The notes: generated from the sequence alone by a model not told the origin. Shown: positions 8,652 through 18,748, counted from the first letter of the stretch. The stretch is DNA of 64,000 bases from Candidatus Poseidoniaceae archaeon (GCA_965662895.1 CBFIJH010000001.1:64001-128000); one strand, 5' to 3'. Numbers and translations are program-made.

Positions 8652-10073
8652 TCAAGACTCTTTGATTGCATTGTTAAGGCCGGTCATCATCGCCTTTCCG
8701 TCGCCAAAGAGCATCATCGTCTTGTCCATGTAAAACAGGTCGTTGTCGACACCAGCGTAACCAACAGAAAGCGATCTCTTGATGATAACGACGGTACGTG
8801 CAGCATCTGCGTCAATAATCGGCATTCCTGCGAGTGGCCCTTCACCACTTCGAGCAGCTGGGTTGGTCGTATCGTTTGCACCTATCACGAGTGCTACGTC
8901 ACAGTCGGGGAATTCAGGATTGATTTCATCCATTTCGATGAGCTGCTCGTATGGAACGTTCGCTTCAGCCAGCAGGACATTCATGTGACCTGGCATTCGA
9001 CCTGCAACAGGGTGGATGGCATATTTGACTTCAGTATCATATTTTTCAGCAATCAAGTCAGCAAATTCTTTGACCTGATGTTGACATTGTGATACGGCCA
9101 TTCCGTAACCGGGGACGATGATAACCTTCTGAGCACCATCGATCATCATGGCTACTTCATCAGGATCGGAACCAACCTTCGTTCTCGTCAAAGACTCTTT
9201 CTCGCCAGTGCCTCCGAACGACTTGAACAAGACGTCGGGTAGCGTACGGTTCATCGCTTTGCACATGATAAACGTCAGAATGAGACCTGAGGCCCCTACG
9301 AGGGAACCAGCAACGATGAGGACGGAATTGCCGATGATGAATCCAGTAAAGGCTGCGGCGATTCCGGACAATGAATTCAGGAGTGAAACGACCACTGGCA
9401 TATCAGCACCACCAATTGGTAGTACCAAAACAATGCCAAGGATGGAGGAAATACCTATGATTCCCCATAGATAATTTTCGTCAGTAGGTGCATCGATGCT
9501 GAGGTAAATCAACACAGCGACGCCAAGGACCATCAAAACTTTGAGTGGGTTGAGCCAAACCGGCCCCCAAGTAGGTGTCTTCATCCACTTCCCAAAGATG
9601 CTTACTCCACCCTTGAGTTTGAACATTGCAAGAATCGAACCAGTCAGTGTCATCCAACCGACCAGCGCAGACAAACCCGCAGCGACCATGATAACCGTAA
9701 TCTCAAGTTGATCAGTCGTTACGTTGGCAGGATCTTCGATGTATCTCCAAACTTCAGATAATGCAACAAGGGCAGATGCAGCACCACCAAACCCGTTGAA
9801 CAAAGCAACAAGTTCAGGCATACCCGTCATTTCGACACGAATGGCCATCCAGAGGCCAATGAGTGAGCCAATGACCAATCCAGAGCCGATTAAGACCCAC
9901 TCAATGCCATCGCCTAACCCCATCTGTAAGATGGTGGTCACAACTGCTACAAGCATTCCAAGAGCACCGAGTTGGTTTCCAAACGGTGCAGTACGTGGGT
10001 GTCCGAGTTTCTTCAAACCAAAGATGAACAATGCAGCGGACAAGAGGTAGCCAAGAGAAATCCAGTCCTCCAT
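8652..10073 (-). CDS. pntB: NAD(P) transhydrogenase beta subunit
   Basis: MTGMPELVALFNGFGG, IGGADMPVVVSLLNS, VPGYGMA, IHPVAGRMPGHMNVLLAEA. Confidence 0.97.
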   Translation of the reverse strand: MEDWISLGYLLSAALFIFGLKKLGHPRTAPFGNQLGALGMLVAVVTTILQMGLGDGIEWVLIGSGLVIGSLIGLWMAIRVEMTGMPELVALFNGFGGAASALVALSEVWRYIEDPANVTTDQLEITVIMVAAGLSALVGWMTLTGSILAMFKLKGGVSIFGKWMKTPTWGPVWLNPLKVLMVLGVAVLIYLSIDAPTDENYLWGIIGISSILGIVLVLPIGGADMPVVVSLLNSLSGIAAAFTGFIIGNSVLIVAGSLVGASGLILTFIMCKAMNRTLPDVLFKSFGGTGEKESLTRTKVGSDPDEVAMMIDGAQKVIIVPGYGMAVSQCQHQVKEFADLIAEKYDTEVKYAIHPVAGRMPGHMNVLLAEANVPYEQLIEMDEINPEFPDCDVALVIGANDTTNPAARSGEGPLAGMPIIDADAARTVVIIKRSLSVGYAGVDNDLFYMDKTMMLFGDGKAMMTGLNNAIKES

Positions 10074-10074
10074 T

Positions 10075-10386
10075 TCAGGCACCTCCTCGCTTTTTTCCCG
10101 CAATCATGTTGAGCATTCGATTGGTAACAGCAAAACCACCGACAACGTTGATCATCGCTAGTACGACAGCAACGAATGCTAGAATTCCGGATACTGCGGT
10201 ATCGCCTCCATTGTACGCTACGTTCGCCCCAATCAGAGCACCGATAATGGAAATTCCAGAGATAGCATTCGCCCCGCTCATCAACGGAGTGTGGAGTGTT
10301 GCTGGAACTTTTGTGATAAGTTCAAAACCAAGGAAAATAGCGAGTACGAACAGTGTAATATTTCCAATCAAAAATTCTGGGGTCAT
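10075..10386 (-). CDS. pntAB: NAD(P) transhydrogenase alpha-2 (membrane) subunit
   Basis: KVPATLHTPLMSGANAISG, INVVGGFAVTNRML. Confidence 0.95.
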   Translation of the reverse strand: MTPEFLIGNITLFVLAIFLGFELITKVPATLHTPLMSGANAISGISIIGALIGANVAYNGGDTAVSGILAFVAVVLAMINVVGGFAVTNRMLNMIAGKKRGGA

Positions 10387-11546
10387 TCGAGGACACCTCC
10401 TAATCGTGTTTGTTTTGGATGCATTTCCCCATTCGTACAAATAAGGACGCCTCCCATTCCATTGACATAGAAGTCGCTACCTTCTGGAGCTCCAACGAGA
10501 ATGTCATCATCTTCCGAAATGACGACGGCACCATCGTCAACAAGCGAAGTAATGAAAGTCGTAAGATTGTTGGAATACAGCATGCTTGCAGTTGTTGCAA
10601 TAGTACCTGGAAGGTTCGATGTACCAACAACGATGACTCCATTCTCGGTTGTAATTACTTCACCGGCCACAGTGTCCTCACAGTTTCCTCCAACATCCGC
10701 ATTCATGTCAACAACTACTGCTCCTGACTTGAATTCCTTGACAGCGCTTGAGGGCACTGTAATTGGTGCAGGTCGACCAAATATTCGAGCGGTTGTAACG
10801 ATGATATCAGCATCTGCAGCAACACCACAAACCGTATCGTTGACCTTCTGAATGAATTCTGGAGTGAGGGGTTTTGCATAACCGGCTTCATCTTCGAAGT
10901 CGTCCATACCGTCGACTTCGATAAATCGACCGCCAACCGATTCGATTTGTTCTGCTGCTGATTTTCGTACGTCCGATGCATAAACGACTGCACCAAGACG
11001 CTTTGCCGTGGCGATAGCTTGGAGTCCAGCAACGCCAGATCCCATAATCACAACTTTGGCTGGACGAACGGTACCAGCAGATGTCGTCATCATTGGAATT
11101 CCTTTTGGAACATGGGCTGCACCGAGGAGAACAGCCTTGTATCCCGCAAGGTTGTCTTGGCTAGAGTTCACGTCCATGGATTGCGCTCGACTCAAACGTC
11201 GTGGAATCATGTCCATTGAAAGGAGTGTAATCTTGGATTCAAGGCAGTCTTTGACGAACTGTGGATTGCGAAATGGATCCGATACACAAGCAAGATTTGT
11301 TCCTTTGTTCATCCCTTCGACGCCTGGAAATCGAATGGTGATGATTGTTTGGCAAGACAGCGCATCCTTGCGACTTCCAATGATCGCACCAGCAGCTTCG
11401 TATTCAGCGTCATGATAATTCGCTGCTTCACCTGCGCCGGATTCGACGATTACTTCGAAACCCGCTTTGAGTAGTTTCTTGAGACTTGTTGGAACGATTG
11501 CAACACGTGTCTCTCCTTCTGGTTCTTTGAGTACACCCAATTTCAT
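10383..11546 (-). CDS. pntAA: NAD(P) transhydrogenase alpha-1 (domain I) subunit
   Basis: GETRVA, RAQSMDVNSSQ, MTTSAGTVRPAKV, GSGVAGLQA, GYAK. Confidence 0.95.
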   Translation of the reverse strand: MKLGVLKEPEGETRVAIVPTSLKKLLKAGFEVIVESGAGEAANYHDAEYEAAGAIIGSRKDALSCQTIITIRFPGVEGMNKGTNLACVSDPFRNPQFVKDCLESKITLLSMDMIPRRLSRAQSMDVNSSQDNLAGYKAVLLGAAHVPKGIPMMTTSAGTVRPAKVVIMGSGVAGLQAIATAKRLGAVVYASDVRKSAAEQIESVGGRFIEVDGMDDFEDEAGYAKPLTPEFIQKVNDTVCGVAADADIIVTTARIFGRPAPITVPSSAVKEFKSGAVVVDMNADVGGNCEDTVAGEVITTENGVIVVGTSNLPGTIATTASMLYSNNLTTFITSLVDDGAVVISEDDDILVGAPEGSDFYVNGMGGVLICTNGEMHPKQTRLGGVLE

Positions 11547-11675
11547 GACAACACCGTTATTTTCTGCCAACGATAGGGGGTTCTTCAATACCACCCTTTG
11601 GCCCCATCAAACAGGACAGCAGCATACCAACTTGATTAAGAACGTTCGACTCTGGCAACCAAGTGGAGAGAGACC

Positions 11676-12617
11676 ATGTCAAGAGGAAGTAGAAAAATCG
11701 CAGTCATCGGTGCAGGAAATGTAGGCGCAACATGTGCTTTTGTACTTGCAAATATGAAAATCGCCGATATTGTTTTGTTGGACATATACGAAGGATTTGC
11801 CAAAGGCAAAGCACTTGATATGAGTCAAAATGCAAACGTGCTGAATTACGATGGAAAAATCACTGGGACCTCAAGCTACGAAGACATAGCAGGTGCAGAT
11901 GTTGTCGTTGTTACAAGCGGATTTCCTCGCCAACCAGGCATGACTCGAGAAGACCTTATCGGAAAAAACGCAGAAATCGTTGCACAGGTTGGAGCAGGTA
12001 TTCGTGACCACGCACCAGACTCAGTCGTCATTGTTGTCACAAATCCATTGGATTTGATGACGTATCATATGCAAAAAGTCACTGGGTTCCCCGCAAACAG
12101 AGTCATCGGTCAAGCCGGTGTTCTCGATAGCGCACGGATGGCGCATTTTATTGCTCTTGAATTGGATTGTGCAGAAGAAGATGTTAGTCCAATGGTTCTT
12201 GGAGGACACGGTGACACAATGGTCCCACTTCCCCGATATACAACAGTAGGTGGCATCCCGATTACGCAACTTATGCCGCAAGAGCGCATTGACGCTATTT
12301 CTGCAAGAACTGCGAGCGGTGGCGGTGAAATCGTCAAGTTGCTTGAACGAGGTTCTGCATTTTATGCGCCTGGATCAGCAGCAGCTGTTATGGCTGAATC
12401 TGTCCTAAACAACCGACGCCGGCTTCTTCCTGCCTCATGTTTATTGACCGGTCAATACGGTTTGGATGATGTCTACATCGGTGTTCCTTGTATACTCGGT
12501 TCCAATGGTGTCGAGAACATATTTGAATTGCAACTTACTGATGAAGAACTTAAGTCGCTGCAAAACTCAGGCAACTTCTACAAATCTCAATTAGCTGAGG
12601 TTTTGGGTTACAATTGA
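11676..12617 (+). CDS. mdh: Malate dehydrogenase (LDH-like)
   Basis: GAGNVG, GKALD, PRQPGMTREDL, VTNPLD, LDSAR, GGHGD. Confidence 0.95.
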   Translation: MSRGSRKIAVIGAGNVGATCAFVLANMKIADIVLLDIYEGFAKGKALDMSQNANVLNYDGKITGTSSYEDIAGADVVVVTSGFPRQPGMTREDLIGKNAEIVAQVGAGIRDHAPDSVVIVVTNPLDLMTYHMQKVTGFPANRVIGQAGVLDSARMAHFIALELDCAEEDVSPMVLGGHGDTMVPLPRYTTVGGIPITQLMPQERIDAISARTASGGGEIVKLLERGSAFYAPGSAAAVMAESVLNNRRRLLPASCLLTGQYGLDDVYIGVPCILGSNGVENIFELQLTDEELKSLQNSGNFYKSQLAEVLGYN

Positions 12618-13898
12618 TTTGATTTTTTTCGGACTTTTGATTCCGAACAGGTATCGAGTTGTTTTTGTCCGTCGAACGATCTCGAAGATGATCCAGCAAC
12701 CTATTGTGACAAATATACAACCAAGAACAACCGCTGAAATTCCTGATATGCCCCAACTTTTTGCGATTTTTAAACCTGCAAAAGTGAACGGCATATGAAC
12801 GATGTAGAACGGATAGACCCCTTGATTGAGATAGGCCAGTGATGGACTGTTTTTGTTGAGTAAATGGGCGCCCCATGAAAAAACAGTGAGGCACCAAAAC
12901 CAAGCATGGAAACTGTGAATGAAGCAGCCTAGAACCGTCATTTTGTTATGAACTATACCGTTTTCAATCCAACCACCGTCAATGTAAGGTATACCATCTG
13001 CATGTTGTTGCAATCGAATGAGAATGAATGCTACCGTCAAGAGGATGGTCAATCCTGTAATTGCAATTCGATGTGTATCAATGAAATCGTAGTACAACTC
13101 ACGAGAAACGATGCAGATGTAACCAAACAGAAAGAAGACGAGATACCAAAACCATTCATAGCCAATTCCAATGAAGCCAGGAAACCATGGCTTCAACAAG
13201 AGTTCTGTGAATGCTAGCAATGTCGGTAAAAGAATGAAAATTCCCAACCCATATTTGACCGCAAATGATGAGCGAAGAATGGTAGCAAATGGACCATCTG
13301 GATTTTTTTGAACGAAATGAAAAATTGGAACACAAATGAGAGAATACAAGAACAAATTCCAAAGAAACCACAGGTGGCCAAGTGCAATGATTTTACCAAA
13401 CAATGGCACCCAGAACAGAAATGATGTGAACACCACATGCAATGCGAAAGCCATCATGGTATCAACGAAAGAATTACCTTCAAGATCCACGCCATCTGTT
13501 ATAATTCCTCCAACAAAACCAATGGTCCACATCCCGAAAAACATTGGGACGAGTAGCCGTTGCAACCGTTCAACTAGAAATGTTTTCCAACTTCGTCGTT
13601 TGAAAGCAAATGCAGTTCCCATTCCTGATATCATGAACAATGCAGCCAATCTCCATTGATGCATCCAGTGGAGGAACATACTGGTCGGATCAACAGACTC
13701 ATAGGTGTAGTCATTACCTTCTTCGGCGACGATTTTCTGTTCATCTGGGTCATCTGAAATGTTCGGATTGATACCTTCTCCATACGTCGACCAGTACACG
13801 CCTATTGCAACATGAAATGGAATAAGTAATCCAAAAAGCAGGACTCGTAGCCAATCGATGTCATAGCGTCGTTCTGATTTTTCAGACGTATTTTCCAT
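12591..13898 (-). CDS. Acyltransferase family 3 (OpgC/MdoC-like) membrane protein
   Basis: RRYDIDWLR, FMISG, ERLQRLLVP, HLWFL, YPFYIVH; multiple TM helices. Confidence 0.85.
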   Translation of the reverse strand: MENTSEKSERRYDIDWLRVLLFGLLIPFHVAIGVYWSTYGEGINPNISDDPDEQKIVAEEGNDYTYESVDPTSMFLHWMHQWRLAALFMISGMGTAFAFKRRSWKTFLVERLQRLLVPMFFGMWTIGFVGGIITDGVDLEGNSFVDTMMAFALHVVFTSFLFWVPLFGKIIALGHLWFLWNLFLYSLICVPIFHFVQKNPDGPFATILRSSFAVKYGLGIFILLPTLLAFTELLLKPWFPGFIGIGYEWFWYLVFFLFGYICIVSRELYYDFIDTHRIAITGLTILLTVAFILIRLQQHADGIPYIDGGWIENGIVHNKMTVLGCFIHSFHAWFWCLTVFSWGAHLLNKNSPSLAYLNQGVYPFYIVHMPFTFAGLKIAKSWGISGISAVVLGCIFVTIGCWIIFEIVRRTKTTRYLFGIKSPKKIKSIVTQNLS

Positions 13899-13931
13899 AC
13901 ATATACCTCAAAATTGGACGCAATGCTCAAT

Positions 13932-14582
13932 TTATTGCCTTCGGATTGCAAGTGCTCCTTTGGTTCCTACACTTGTCGCGTCCTCTGAAGTTCGGGGAAC
14001 GCGCACTAATTGTCTTCCCATATTCCCCCGACTTCGCATTCGCGTGAGCACTTCTTGGCCAATGTAGCAACCTTTTGCTTCATGCACCAAGTGTTCCAGT
14101 CCACAATTGAATGGATGAAATTTTTCTGAAATTTCATATCCCTGAAGAGGGAGTAGATTCTCTATTCGATAATCCGTAAATTCCTCTTGCGTCATCGTGG
14201 TTTCGATTGGATTGTCCTTTGATACGATAATTAACCATCCTAAATAGGATTGGAATTGTGTTCCTCCTTCGTTTTCTTCAGGAGGCTCGGTACTCAGGTA
14301 CACACGGTTGAGGTTTGTGATATCGCGAATGGCAACATCCTGCTGCAAGATTCTCGGTTGTAGATGATGCAAGACTTTCTCCCGATACGGTCCATGACCA
14401 ATAATGGCTGCAGTTTCACCGACTTCGACAACGTCGATAACATCGATAATTTTTGCATTTGTTGTTGTCAAAACCGTGCTGCAGGATTTTTCTACCTTGT
14501 TTGTCGACAATCCATCGAGGAAGGTAAAACGGTCTGAGCCAGAAAGAAGAAAGATGTAAGCATCAAGTTGAATGATGCCCAT
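13932..14582 (-). CDS. ygfZ: YgfZ/Iba57-family folate-binding Fe-S maturation protein (short form)
   Basis: GSDRFTFLDGLSTN and signature KGCYIGQE. Confidence 0.85.
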   Translation of the reverse strand: MGIIQLDAYIFLLSGSDRFTFLDGLSTNKVEKSCSTVLTTTNAKIIDVIDVVEVGETAAIIGHGPYREKVLHHLQPRILQQDVAIRDITNLNRVYLSTEPPEENEGGTQFQSYLGWLIIVSKDNPIETTMTQEEFTDYRIENLLPLQGYEISEKFHPFNCGLEHLVHEAKGCYIGQEVLTRMRSRGNMGRQLVRVPRTSEDATSVGTKGALAIRRQ

Positions 14583-14591
14583 GATGTTTCC

Positions 14592-14972
14592 TCAGGCAAA
14601 AGATTCGCCACAACCGCATGAGGATGAAGCGTTTGGATTGTTGATTTTGAATCCACCACCCATCAAACGATCGACGTAATCGACTTCTATGCCATCGAGA
14701 AGATGCGAGGAAGCGTTTGGCACAAGCACTCTGAAACCTGAAATCTCCAATTCTTGACAGTCGATGTCCGTTGTTTCAACGATCTGTAAGTCGTACATGT
14801 ATCCTGAGCAACCACCAGACAAAACACCGACGAGTAGAGCATGACTTCGATCATCACCAAATGCGTTAGTAAGCATTTCAATTGCCTTTTCCGTCATTGT
14901 AAGATTGACATCAACAACCTTTGGTTGAACAATCTCAACAGCAGGTGCAGTCTCGCAGGTTCCGCAGTCCAT
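14592..14972 (-). CDS. A-type Fe-S carrier (IscA/SufA/ErpA, HesB family)
   Basis: GGCSGYMY and NPNASSSCGCGESF. Start may be 14972 or 15017. Confidence 0.93.
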   Translation of the reverse strand: MDCGTCETAPAVEIVQPKVVDVNLTMTEKAIEMLTNAFGDDRSHALLVGVLSGGCSGYMYDLQIVETTDIDCQELEISGFRVLVPNASSHLLDGIEVDYVDRLMGGGFKINNPNASSSCGCGESFA

Positions 14973-15013
14973 GGTTAACCCAACAACCCACCCATTATCA
15001 ATCTGACTTTCTA

Positions 15014-17350
15014 TCAACGGCGAGCAAGTTTCTTTTTACGCTCTTTTTCAAGGATTGTGCAGCGTTTGATTTGTTCCTTCGCTCTCTTGGCTTCAGCATC
15101 AGAAAGGCCTCTGGGTATGGACTGTTCATAACACTTGATGGCATCTGAAAATCGTTCCATCTCAGCATATGCTGTTCCCATGTTGTACAACGTTTGACCT
15201 CGAACGTTTGATGGATCAATCATCATTGCTTTATGGTACGATTCAACACAATCAGGGTATTCTTCAAGGAAGTAGTAAGCATTACCGCGGCCATTGAGAA
15301 TACGAATGATCATTTGGTTATCATTCGCAAACGATGGCAGTGCACGATCAAACGACGAAAGGGCTTCTCGATATTTACCATCCTCCATCAATTGTATACC
15401 TTGATTGTACCAGGAAATATCTTGATTTGCAATGGAACTTGAATCGGCTGAGAGAAGTGGATTTAATTGAACTTTCGCAGTAGCATCCAATGCGGCTTTG
15501 GCTAAATCAATTTCGACAATATCGTTTATTTCGACTGGTCGGCTTATGGGTTCAACGGGCGTCAGCAAAATGTCGTTCGCTTGACTTGTCATCTGCTCAT
15601 CAACCTGAATTTGCTGTTGTTGATCTGGCTGAGTCAGTGCGGGCTGAGTCATCAAGGCAGGCGGTTCTGGTGCGAAAGGTGGTGGTGTAGATGACGGGGG
15701 AGGTGGAGGTGTTTCGAATTGCTGTTGCGACACGCTCGTCGATTCCAAGTCGTTGGCTTTCGCATGGCAGCGTTGGGCAGTTTCGTTGTCCCCTGCTGCA
15801 TCAAGGGATTTTGCAAGACCTCTCCAAAGTGTTGAGTTTGCCTTGTCTCCTTGGATGAGTTCCTTCCATACCGTCACCGCTTCAATGTTCTCGCCTTTGA
15901 GGGTTAGAGCGCGAGCACGATCGACCGATGGACCAGGACTAAGCAAATCCAACGCATATTGTGCGAGTTGGGGTGCCTCGGGCATGGTAGGTGGGATTCC
16001 CGTAATGTATTCGAGAACCTCGACCTCTGTTTCCCCACAATTGAGGAGAGTCTGAATGATATCATTGCGTAGTTCAGGGTCATCTTTGCTCTCAAGAATT
16101 TTCATACCATGCATGAGGACTGTGCCTAGGTCGTTTTCTTCCTTTGCAAATTCGATTAACTTGTTTCGAGCTTTAACGTGCCGTGCATCAAGGTCAATGG
16201 TTCTTTCAAATGCTTCCTTTGCACCAGATGGATTCGCATTGCGGGCATAAAGAGTACCAAGATTGTACCATCCTGAAGCGACGCTTTCGTCCAATTTTGT
16301 CGCATGTACCAATGCAGCAATGGCGTGTGTATCAAGTTCCATTCGTGCCATTGCTCCGCCTGCAATTCGCCAAGCACCTGCATGTTGCGCACCGATTGTC
16401 TTGAGATGGGGCTTCAGAAGTGCAAGGGCCTTTTTTGGTTCGCCTTGACGAATCAATTCCGTAGCCTCGTCTGTTAATTTATCGAGATTTATTTCCTCGA
16501 CAATTGGACGTTGCTCGATTTCAGTTTCAATGGCCTCTTCGATTTTTTCCTCTACAATTTGTTTTGCTGCAACAATGCTAGCTGCGCTTTTCAGCTCCTC
16601 TTTGTCGAGGTAACCATCGCCATCCATATCATGGTGTGCAGCTTCAGCGAGAATTGCTTCAGAATCATCGACTCCTGTTTCTTCCATAACAACACTGAGT
16701 GTTGAATCTTGATGGGTCGCTTTCGATACTTTAGATTCAATGGCGTCGGGAACTTCCTCAACCGGAGCATGCATTGTTCGGTTCAAAACATCAGTTAAAC
16801 TCGGATGGCCTGGAAAGAATTCTAATCCTCGTCGAGCCATTGCAGCTGCACCAGCATCATCACCAATGCGGTCAAGAAGGATTGCTAGATTTGCCGTTGC
16901 TGGCGCGTGATCTGGGTTCAAATCAAGACATATTTGGAAAGCTTGTCTTGCCCCGCGTGCGTCTTGCTGAGCTTCCAATAGAACGCCTCGGTTAAACCAC
17001 GCCATGTCGCTTGACGGATCAAGCGCAATAGCTTTGTTGAATGCAACGAGTGCTTCTTGTGGCGAATTCGAACGAGATTTATATTCACCTTCCTCGATAA
17101 GAGATTGCACTTCTTCCTCGATGCTGCGTTCGTCATTTGGCTCATCGACTGCATTTGTTTCAGTAACCTCTTCTGCTTCTTCTTGTTCGGAGTCATCGAT
17201 TGCTTCGAAAACTTCTTGCGAATGCGAAGTTAAATCCTCCTTTTCAGAATCCAGCATTGAACCCAATCCTGCTGACCGCAATGCATCAGCCATATCGTTC
17301 ATCAATGCATTTGACATATCTTGGTCATCAGCATCCATACGCTTCCCCAT
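15014..17350 (-). CDS. Large TPR-repeat protein with an EF-hand-like loop and Pro/Gln linker
   Basis: Multiple TPRs (AWFNRG, GWYNLG, WYNQG, LYNMG); DMDGDGYLDKEEL. Confidence 0.85.
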   Translation of the reverse strand: MGKRMDADDQDMSNALMNDMADALRSAGLGSMLDSEKEDLTSHSQEVFEAIDDSEQEEAEEVTETNAVDEPNDERSIEEEVQSLIEEGEYKSRSNSPQEALVAFNKAIALDPSSDMAWFNRGVLLEAQQDARGARQAFQICLDLNPDHAPATANLAILLDRIGDDAGAAAMARRGLEFFPGHPSLTDVLNRTMHAPVEEVPDAIESKVSKATHQDSTLSVVMEETGVDDSEAILAEAAHHDMDGDGYLDKEELKSAASIVAAKQIVEEKIEEAIETEIEQRPIVEEINLDKLTDEATELIRQGEPKKALALLKPHLKTIGAQHAGAWRIAGGAMARMELDTHAIAALVHATKLDESVASGWYNLGTLYARNANPSGAKEAFERTIDLDARHVKARNKLIEFAKEENDLGTVLMHGMKILESKDDPELRNDIIQTLLNCGETEVEVLEYITGIPPTMPEAPQLAQYALDLLSPGPSVDRARALTLKGENIEAVTVWKELIQGDKANSTLWRGLAKSLDAAGDNETAQRCHAKANDLESTSVSQQQFETPPPPPSSTPPPFAPEPPALMTQPALTQPDQQQQIQVDEQMTSQANDILLTPVEPISRPVEINDIVEIDLAKAALDATAKVQLNPLLSADSSSIANQDISWYNQGIQLMEDGKYREALSSFDRALPSFANDNQMIIRILNGRGNAYYFLEEYPDCVESYHKAMMIDPSNVRGQTLYNMGTAYAEMERFSDAIKCYEQSIPRGLSDAEAKRAKEQIKRCTILEKERKKKLARR

Positions 17351-17436
17351 TCTTTGGCATGACTGTTATTGTATAAGCATAGTTGCTTCTTGGTTAGAAG
17401 ACAAAACAATGAATTCATCTATTGAATCCTCGTAGG

Positions 17437-17994
17437 ATGGCTATGACGGATACTCCATTGAAAGTTTTGGGCCTCTCTGGTTCCATTGGTCGATCATCGA
17501 AGAACGGCATGCTGGTCGATTTAGCGCTGAATAAGGCAGAATTACTTGGTGCGGACGTGCACTTTTGGGATCTCGAAAAGAAACCCCTTCCTCTTGTTGG
17601 AGAGGATGGTTGTTGGACCAACCCCAATGTCAAGGAATTCCAAGAACTCGCATCATCATGTGACGCATTTCTCGTATCATCTCCAGAATATCACGGCACC
17701 ATGTCCGGTGTGATGAAAAACACGTTTGATTGGGTATACGATCAACACGTTGGAGGCAAAGTGTTTGGCCTGATGTCAACGCTCGGAGGTATGTCGAATT
17801 CCAATACTCTCAATCACATGCGAATCATGCTTCGATGGCTGCATGGGATACCCGTCTCGGAACAACTTGCAGTCGGTCATGTCAAAGATGCCTTTGATGA
17901 TGAAGGAGGCTTGGCTGACTCTTCCATCGATGAACGATTGAATTCACTTGTTGCGTCTGTTCTGAAGACTGCAAAAATGTACCGAGATTCGTGA
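17437..17994 (+). CDS. NADPH-dependent FMN reductase
   Basis: GLSGSIGRSSKN, SPEYHGTMSGVMKNTFDW. Confidence 0.9.
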   Translation: MAMTDTPLKVLGLSGSIGRSSKNGMLVDLALNKAELLGADVHFWDLEKKPLPLVGEDGCWTNPNVKEFQELASSCDAFLVSSPEYHGTMSGVMKNTFDWVYDQHVGGKVFGLMSTLGGMSNSNTLNHMRIMLRWLHGIPVSEQLAVGHVKDAFDDEGGLADSSIDERLNSLVASVLKTAKMYRDS

Positions 17995-17998
17995 TTTC

Positions 17999-18748
17999 AT
18001 GAATCCAACGCGTCCTTCCTTTGAAGACGAATACGGCGGACAATACCATCTTGTTGAACCTGGTTCCTTCACCATCGGCGACCAGGTTGGTTCTGGTCAT
18101 CCAAATGAAGCACCACCGAAGGATAGAGAAATCAGTGAACCGTTTTTTCTCGGTGTTCGACCAGTGACACAAATTCATTGGACGTCGGTCGCTGGTAGCA
18201 ATCCGTCAAAATTTCAAGAAGGATGGAGTTCAGGATTGCGCCCGGTCGAATCCATCTCGTATGAGGATGTTCTGAAGTTTCTGGAAATCCTCAATGCAAA
18301 AAATGAGGTTCATATAGGATTTCGAGGCAAATGGAGATTGCCGACTGAGGAGGAATGGGAATATGTTGCAAAGGCGGGGACATCAACCAGGTGGTCTTTT
18401 GGAAACAAGGATTCCGAACTTGATGCGCATGGATGGCATGCAGGCAACAGTGGTGCAACGACAAGGGAAGTCGGATCAAAAAAGGCAAATCCGTGGGGAT
18501 TTTTTGATATGCATGGTTTGGTTTATGAAATGACGGAATCTGTATGGAGTTCCAATCATGAACAACATCCCAAGGAACCAGATTTCTCGAATCCATCAGA
18601 TGTGGAGTACATCGTTGCAAAAGGTGGTTCATGGTTCACAGAATCCGATTCAACACGTTCATCAGCGCGTCGCCGTGTTCGCCGAGACGATCGGAAAGAT
18701 GGAATTGGCGTGAGGCTTGTTTGGGAACCAATCGAACCCGTAAATTAG
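17999..18748 (+). CDS. Formylglycine-generating-enzyme (SUMF1/FGE-sulfatase) fold protein
   Basis: PVTQ, PVESIS, RLPTEEEWEY, NPWGFFDMHG, KGGSW, GVRL. Confidence 0.88.
   Translation: MNPTRPSFEDEYGGQYHLVEPGSFTIGDQVGSGHPNEAPPKDREISEPFFLGVRPVTQIHWTSVAGSNPSKFQEGWSSGLRPVESISYEDVLKFLEILNAKNEVHIGFRGKWRLPTEEEWEYVAKAGTSTRWSFGNKDSELDAHGWHAGNSGATTREVGSKKANPWGFFDMHGLVYEMTESVWSSNHEQHPKEPDFSNPSDVEYIVAKGGSWFTESDSTRSSARRRVRRDDRKDGIGVRLVWEPIEPVN

Noticed and set aside
8779-11415. Series of long antisense ORFs over pntAB (also seen over the MFS, tsr3 and fdhD genes)
   Set aside because: Shadow ORFs produced by codon bias of the real genes; no motifs.
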